A stretch of DNA of 64,000 bases, taken from Tildeniella torsiva UHER 1998/13D. Its GTDB lineage: Bacteria > Cyanobacteriota > Cyanobacteriia > Phormidesmidales > Phormidesmidaceae. The DNA lies in the NCBI GenBank assembly GCA_019358835.1, contig JAHHIH010000006.1, forward strand, positions 158,813 to 222,812, in the 5' to 3' direction. The first letter of the stretch is position 1, and each line of letters begins with the position of its first letter. Positions 63,016-64,000 of this stretch are shown here, one piece after another. The position numbers were made by a program, and so were the translations under genes. The notes below the pieces were generated by a model. That model saw nothing but the letters and a program-made list of their open reading frames with translations, was not told the origin of the DNA and ran no database searches.

Positions 63016-63034
63016 GGGAACTGGGTCGTGAGTC

Positions 63035-63059
63035 GGTGGTGGGTGGGTGGGTGGGTGAG
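63035..63059 (+). repeat. G-tract GGTGGT(GGGT)4GAG; perfect (GGGT)4 at 63041-63056
   Basis: Read directly, between convergent genes. Confidence 0.9.
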
Positions 63060-63105
63060 TCAATGCCTATCCGCCCTCATTCGTTTTTCAGGGCCGAACT
63101 TCTCT

Positions 63106-64000
63106 TTAATTTGCTGGGCCGCTGGGGTCTGAAAACGTATTGATGTAGCCGTTGCCGGTATAAACGCCGGGCGGTCTGGGGGCCGAGAACGGAGCGGGTT
63201 CTGGCTGGGGTGGCGAGCTGAGGCTATTGCTCGGGGTGCCAGCCGGAGATGGCACTGTTACCCCTGCCGAGGGTGGGGCGGCCGAAGTCCCAAAATTTAG
63301 ATTTAGCGCGGCTGGGGCTGCGGGGGTCACTGCGGCCGGGCTGGGCGAGAGTACCGAGGGCGTTGTATAACCTGTGGTGCCCGGCGGCGGCGACATTTGC
63401 GGGGTGGTGCGAATAAATCGCTGGTCTACCCCAGGCAGGCTGCCTTCGACCATCCACGGTGGGAGGGTGTCTGGGTTGGCGATCGCCCCAGCCCCCTGAG
63501 TATCCTCCTCAGCCGCCGCCTCAGAGGCCTGCCCTGCCTCAGCGCCAAACCGCTGGTTGAGAGCCCGTTGCAGGGCACTGGGTAGGCGCTCCTCAGCAGA
63601 GGGTGCAGAGGTACTGGCTGATGACTGGCCAAACATAGAGGTCGCATCGGCGGAGTCAGCCTCGCGGTCACTGGCCGCAGGGCTGACCCGAAAACGGCTG
63701 CGCTCTAAGTATTCGGCGAAGGGGCCGGTGGAGTTTGGCTGGTCTTCGGTCGCCGTGGGCAGAGCCAGGGCGTCGGTACTGGGGGAAGGGGCTGACTCTT
63801 CTAAGACCGTGGCGGTGGTGGGCTGAAGCTGGTTAAGGAGCAGGGCCAAATTGTCGATTTCGGCTAGGTCGGCCAACTCCTCGCTAGATAGCGTGCCGAC
63901 ACTGGTGCTGGGATCTACGGCGGCGCTATCCACGGCTGGATCGTACTGACTGCGCCATTCAGGGTTGCGCCAGTACTGGGGCACGGCTATGGCTAGCAGA
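63106..64000 (-). CDS. Hypothetical Pro/Ser/Ala-rich low-complexity protein; may continue beyond the window edge
   Basis: Open frame with no in-frame stop between the GTG at 63984 and the window end. Low-complexity composition. Confidence 0.4.
   Translation of the reverse strand, partial: LLAIAVPQYWRNPEWRSQYDPAVDSAAVDPSTSVGTLSSEELADLAEIDNLALLLNQLQPTTATVLEESAPSPSTDALALPTATEDQPNSTGPFAEYLERSRFRVSPAASDREADSADATSMFGQSSASTSAPSAEERLPSALQRALNQRFGAEAGQASEAAAEEDTQGAGAIANPDTLPPWMVEGSLPGVDQRFIRTTPQMSPPPGTTGYTTPSVLSPSPAAVTPAAPAALNLNFGTSAAPPSAGVTVPSPAGTPSNSLSSPPQPEPAPFSAPRPPGVYTGNGYINTFSDPSGPAN

Noticed and set aside
1-64000. Search for CRISPR arrays, rRNA, transposases, integrases, reverse transcriptases, phage structural genes or known multi-gene defence systems.
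   Set aside because: I saw no regularly spaced 25-40-nt direct repeats, no rRNA-like sequence, and no ORF with transposase, integrase or RT motifs. The only mobile-like signals are short palindromic or dispersed repeats.

Overview
This 64 kb window looks like a chromosomal segment of a GC-rich filamentous cyanobacterium, possibly Leptolyngbya- or Nodosilinea-like; that taxonomic guess is inference. The evidence is the very high density of the octamer GCGATCGC (HIP1), plus ccsA, Uma2, DUF3288, DUF3352 and PuuE-type genes.

I can support about 55 protein-coding genes, one tRNA-Gly(CCC), several intrinsic terminators and several families of short dispersed repeats. I see no rRNA, CRISPR array, transposase, integrase or phage gene.

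Most genes are ordinary metabolism or housekeeping:
- Core genes: glmU, glgC, mnmA, ccsA, cysH, ggt and an FTR1 iron permease.
- Enzymes: GH1 and GH10 hydrolases, a photolyase-family protein and an SDR oxidoreductase.
- Transport and signalling: an MFS transporter, an MscS channel, two-component proteins and a Ser/Thr kinase.
- Small accessory modules: VapBC, DUF433/DUF5615, Uma2 and a membrane NERD protein.

The parts I think most deserve a second look are:
1. A minus-strand cluster at 55.1-59.8 kb: a PhyH dioxygenase, an atypical ACAD-fold flavoprotein and a cytoplasmic copper amine oxidase, with a leaderless SBP-fold protein transcribed divergently. It is embedded in REP-like palindromes, G-rich repeats and an AT-rich compound hairpin.
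2. A roughly 1025-aa protein anchored in the membrane at both ends and built from eight 98-aa helical repeats. A paralogous membrane module lies on the other side of glgC, and a CsbD gene is adjacent.
3. A family of extremely strand-asymmetric G/C tracts, including a 151-nt stretch with no G at all upstream of glmU and a perfect (GGGT)4.
4. A two-gene processive GT2 plus AT3 acyltransferase pair.

All functional calls come from motif recognition by eye in the supplied translations. No database search was possible. Start codons are my best choice among in-frame candidates and may be off by a few codons.
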